DNA from: Cylindrospermopsis raciborskii Cr2010
GTDB taxonomy: Bacteria > Cyanobacteriota > Cyanobacteriia > Cyanobacteriales > Nostocaceae
Assembly (NCBI RefSeq): GCF_003367075.2
Contig: NZ_CP065936.1
Location: 3,570,001-3,602,000, forward strand
DNA: 32,000 nt
Direction of reading: 5' to 3'
Position 1 is the stretch's first letter. Every line of letters starts with the position of its first letter. Of this stretch, positions 29,396-32,000 are shown piece by piece. Under the pieces are notes generated by a model. The model was not told the origin of the DNA, made no database searches, and saw only the letters and a program-made list of their open reading frames with translations. A program made the position numbers and the translations under genes.

Positions 29396-32000
29396 ATGAC
29401 TTTCACAAGGGCACAGTTTCAAGTTGTAATCAAAGATAAAAATGACAGCAGTCGCGTTGCAGCTTTACAACAACTGTTAGGATACCCTGTGGGAGAAAAG
29501 GATCCGGGAGGTTCACGATTCTGGTATTTGCGCCCAGGGGTGGATGGGGAACAAGCTACTGACACATGTCCTATTGCAGTGGGTTTTTATGAAGAACTGG
29601 TGTCTTTAAGTGAATTAGAGGCTAAAAGATTTTTCACTGAGGAAGCACAACAAAGAGATATTTACGGACATTATATCAGTCGAGTAGCTGAAGAACAACC
29701 GGTCATGTATGTACTTTTACCCCATGGGTCATCTGGTAGGGTTTCTTTAATCCTTCCTGGGGAAGGTAAATTGCGTCAGCAACAAATTCAAACTTTTAGT
29801 TGTGATGATGAGCAGTTACTGTCACGACTAAAAAGAATTACACAAGATGAAATATTTATTGCTACTAAAGCACTGATGTCTGTTCCTTTGGTGGAATGGG
29901 TGTTTTATGAACCAATCAAGACTGCTAAGGAATTGGCTCTAAAATTAGCACAAGCAGCACGTCAGATTGAGCAGGTAATACCTATCGCTTACAAGCAAGA
30001 ACGGGAAGATGGATATTTACATACATTACTTAAAAGTTTTCAGCGGGAATTATTACCTTCTCTTAAACTTAGTGCAGATAATGAAAAAGATTACAGTTTT
30101 GCTGATATTTATGCCCAAACTATTGCTTATGCTTTGTTTACAGCTCGGGTATTCGGTTATGTGAGAGATAAAAGAGCAGGAAGGACACAAGAAACCTTAT
30201 TTGATAGAGAATCAGCTTGGCAACAATTACCCGAAACTAATCCGTTTCTACGTAAGCTGTTTCAGGATGTTTCTGAACGCAGTGCTGAGAAATTGGGTGA
30301 TGATTTGATAGGGGCGATCGCGGATATTTTTGTCATCCTTCGTACTACTAAGATGGATGCGATTTTATCGGATTTTGAGATGAAAATGAACCGGGAGGAT
30401 ATTGTAATTCGGTTCTATGAAGATTTCTTAGCAGCATATAAACCCCAAATGCGGGAACGACGGGGGGTTTATTACACACCTGAACCTGTGGTTTCTTACA
30501 TGGTGCGTTCTGTGGATATTTTGGTGCGGGAAAAGTTTAATAAACCCTTGGGTTTGGCAGATCCAACAGTGACGATTCTTGACCCTGCTTGTGGTACTGG
30601 TACATTTTTATTGTATATTTTTCAACTTATCTATCAACGCTTTCAAGAGTCCCCAGCAACACTTACAGAAGGCTTAGCTGATAGGTCTTGGTCTGGGTAT
30701 GTTGAGGAGCGGTTGCTACCTAGAATATTTGGTTTTGAGCTGTTAATGTCCCCCTATGCGATCGCCCATCTGAAAATAGGTTTGTTTTTGCAAGAAACCG
30801 GGTATAGGTTTGATGGTGCTAAGCGATTGGGAGTTTATTTAATTAATACTTTGGAGGATATTACGTTAAGGGAAGAAACCCAGCAGTTAAGTTTAAATAT
30901 TCCCCAAATGGAGGAATTAATAGCTGAGGAAGCGAAAGCAGGGGCTAGGGTTAAGAAGGAGGAACCGATTATGGTGGTAATTGGTAATCCTCCCTATTCG
31001 GGACATTCAGAAAATAATAACCCTTGGATTAAGGAGTTAGTTAATGATTATTATTTTGTAGATGGCAAACCATTGGGTGAGAAAAATCCTAAATGGTTAC
31101 AAGATGATTATGTTAAATTTATCCGTTTTGCTCAGTGGCGAATTGATAAATCAGGTCAGGGAGTTTTAGCTTTTATTAGTAATCATGGATTTTTAGATAA
31201 TCCCACCTTTCGGGGAATGCGTCAGCATTTGATTGATAGTTTTAATGGCATTTATATTTATGATTTACATGGCAATAGTAAGAAGAAGGAAACTGATATG
31301 GATGGAGGGAAAGATGAAAATGTCTTTGATATTCAGCAAGGTGTAAGTATTACTTTAGCTCTTAAAGTAGAGAATGAATGTATTAATAATCATGCTCATT
31401 TATATGGATTGAGAGATTACAAATATAATACTTTGACTGAAAATACAGTTAATACTACTAGGTTTTCTGAGGTTAAACCAAAGTCTGAGTTCTATTTATT
31501 AATTCCTCAAGATACGGATTTATTTACAGAATATGAGCATTATTTTAAAATAACTGATGTTATGCCTGTGAATTCTGTAGGTATTGTGACAGCTAGGGAT
31601 AAATTAACTATTCAAGACAGTCCTGAAGAGGTTTGGAATATTGTTACTGATTTTGTAAATTTAGGTATTGAAGAAGCAAGAGAGAAGTATAGTTTAGGTG
31701 AAGATACTAGGGATTGGAAAGTTAATCTAGCCCAAGAAGATATTAGAAACAGTAATCTTGATAAAGATAATATATCACCGATTTTATACAGACCATTTGA
31801 CCAGAAGTTCACTTATTACACTGGGAAGAGTAGAGGTTTTATTTGTATGCCTCGTCCCGAAGTTATGTCTCACTTAATTAAGTTTATTAATCTTTGTTTA
31901 GTTGTTAGTAGGCAACAATCACAACAAGGTAACTGGCAACTAGTGGGAGTAACCAATGTTCTAACGGAATCTTGTTCAATTTCTAATAAAACTAAAGAAA
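29396..32000 (+). CDS. Large N6-adenine DNA methyltransferase, type IIG / type ISP-like (3' end beyond the window; more than 868 aa)
   Basis: This ORF is missing from the supplied track because it has no stop in the window. My own translation from ATG 29396 stays open to 32000. Motifs include GVYYTPEPVVSYMV, motif I ILDPACGTGTFL (about 30578-30612), motif IV GNPPYSG (NPPY at 30986-30997), and HGFLDNPTFRGMRQHL. LYRPFDQKFTYYTG (31784-31825) is characteristic of the type ISP-like C-terminal specificity region. Confidence 0.8.
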   Translation, partial: MTFTRAQFQVVIKDKNDSSRVAALQQLLGYPVGEKDPGGSRFWYLRPGVDGEQATDTCPIAVGFYEELVSLSELEAKRFFTEEAQQRDIYGHYISRVAEEQPVMYVLLPHGSSGRVSLILPGEGKLRQQQIQTFSCDDEQLLSRLKRITQDEIFIATKALMSVPLVEWVFYEPIKTAKELALKLAQAARQIEQVIPIAYKQEREDGYLHTLLKSFQRELLPSLKLSADNEKDYSFADIYAQTIAYALFTARVFGYVRDKRAGRTQETLFDRESAWQQLPETNPFLRKLFQDVSERSAEKLGDDLIGAIADIFVILRTTKMDAILSDFEMKMNREDIVIRFYEDFLAAYKPQMRERRGVYYTPEPVVSYMVRSVDILVREKFNKPLGLADPTVTILDPACGTGTFLLYIFQLIYQRFQESPATLTEGLADRSWSGYVEERLLPRIFGFELLMSPYAIAHLKIGLFLQETGYRFDGAKRLGVYLINTLEDITLREETQQLSLNIPQMEELIAEEAKAGARVKKEEPIMVVIGNPPYSGHSENNNPWIKELVNDYYFVDGKPLGEKNPKWLQDDYVKFIRFAQWRIDKSGQGVLAFISNHGFLDNPTFRGMRQHLIDSFNGIYIYDLHGNSKKKETDMDGGKDENVFDIQQGVSITLALKVENECINNHAHLYGLRDYKYNTLTENTVNTTRFSEVKPKSEFYLLIPQDTDLFTEYEHYFKITDVMPVNSVGIVTARDKLTIQDSPEEVWNIVTDFVNLGIEEAREKYSLGEDTRDWKVNLAQEDIRNSNLDKDNISPILYRPFDQKFTYYTGKSRGFICMPRPEVMSHLIKFINLCLVVSRQQSQQGNWQLVGVTNVLTESCSISNKTKE

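Noticed and set aside
1-32000. tRNA, rRNA, tmRNA, riboswitch or group I/II intron signals.
   Set aside because: Scanning the intergenic regions by eye found no cloverleaf-compatible or otherwise recognisable structured RNA. tRNAscan-SE and Infernal would be needed to be certain.

Overview
This window looks cyanobacterial and Nostocales-like. The evidence is many HIP1 GCGATCGC octamers, psbA, GUN4, pentapeptide-repeat and Uma2 genes, and AT-rich coding sequence. It is a heavily rearranged accessory region, not a core operon block.

Order of content:
- 1-4.1 kb: a polysaccharide locus (GT2, GT4, SAM-methyltransferase). The 5' ~200 bp of the GT4 gene is duplicated around a 2.3 kb insert.
- 4.6-8 kb: two intact Uma2-family endonuclease genes plus one fragment, and dense short dispersed repeats.
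- 8-12 kb: a decayed IS5-like element, hicAB, integrase, HsdS and NucA gene fragments, and pentapeptide-repeat genes.
- 12-24.4 kb: three copies in different states of decay of one module. The module is [RAYT remnant] - [membrane-anchored trypsin-like protease fused to a GUN4 domain, minus strand] - [Pro/Lys-rich zinc-ribbon protein, plus strand] - [bidirectional terminator] - [psbA, minus strand]. VapBC lies between copies 1 and 2.
- Two psbA copies encode identical 360-aa D1 proteins of the E130 type. One keeps a recognisable promoter. The other has an IS1 element 4 bp upstream of its ATG. Its 3' terminator region is duplicated around an inserted two-gene cassette (nucleotidyltransferase plus wHTH, AbiE-like).
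- 24.6-32 kb: an IS630 element inside a kinase fragment; an intact AAA-ATPase/PD-(D/E)XK gene with a decayed paralog cut by a degenerate IS4; a DUF1311 protein; and a large type IIG/ISP-like N6-adenine DNA methyltransferase. That last ORF is absent from the supplied track because it runs off the window end.

The most interesting signals are the conserved protease-GUN4 / zinc-ribbon / psbA module, the AbiE-like cassette inside the duplicated psbA terminator, and the ATPase-nuclease and methyltransferase genes.

All homology statements come from by-eye motif recognition. No database search was run.
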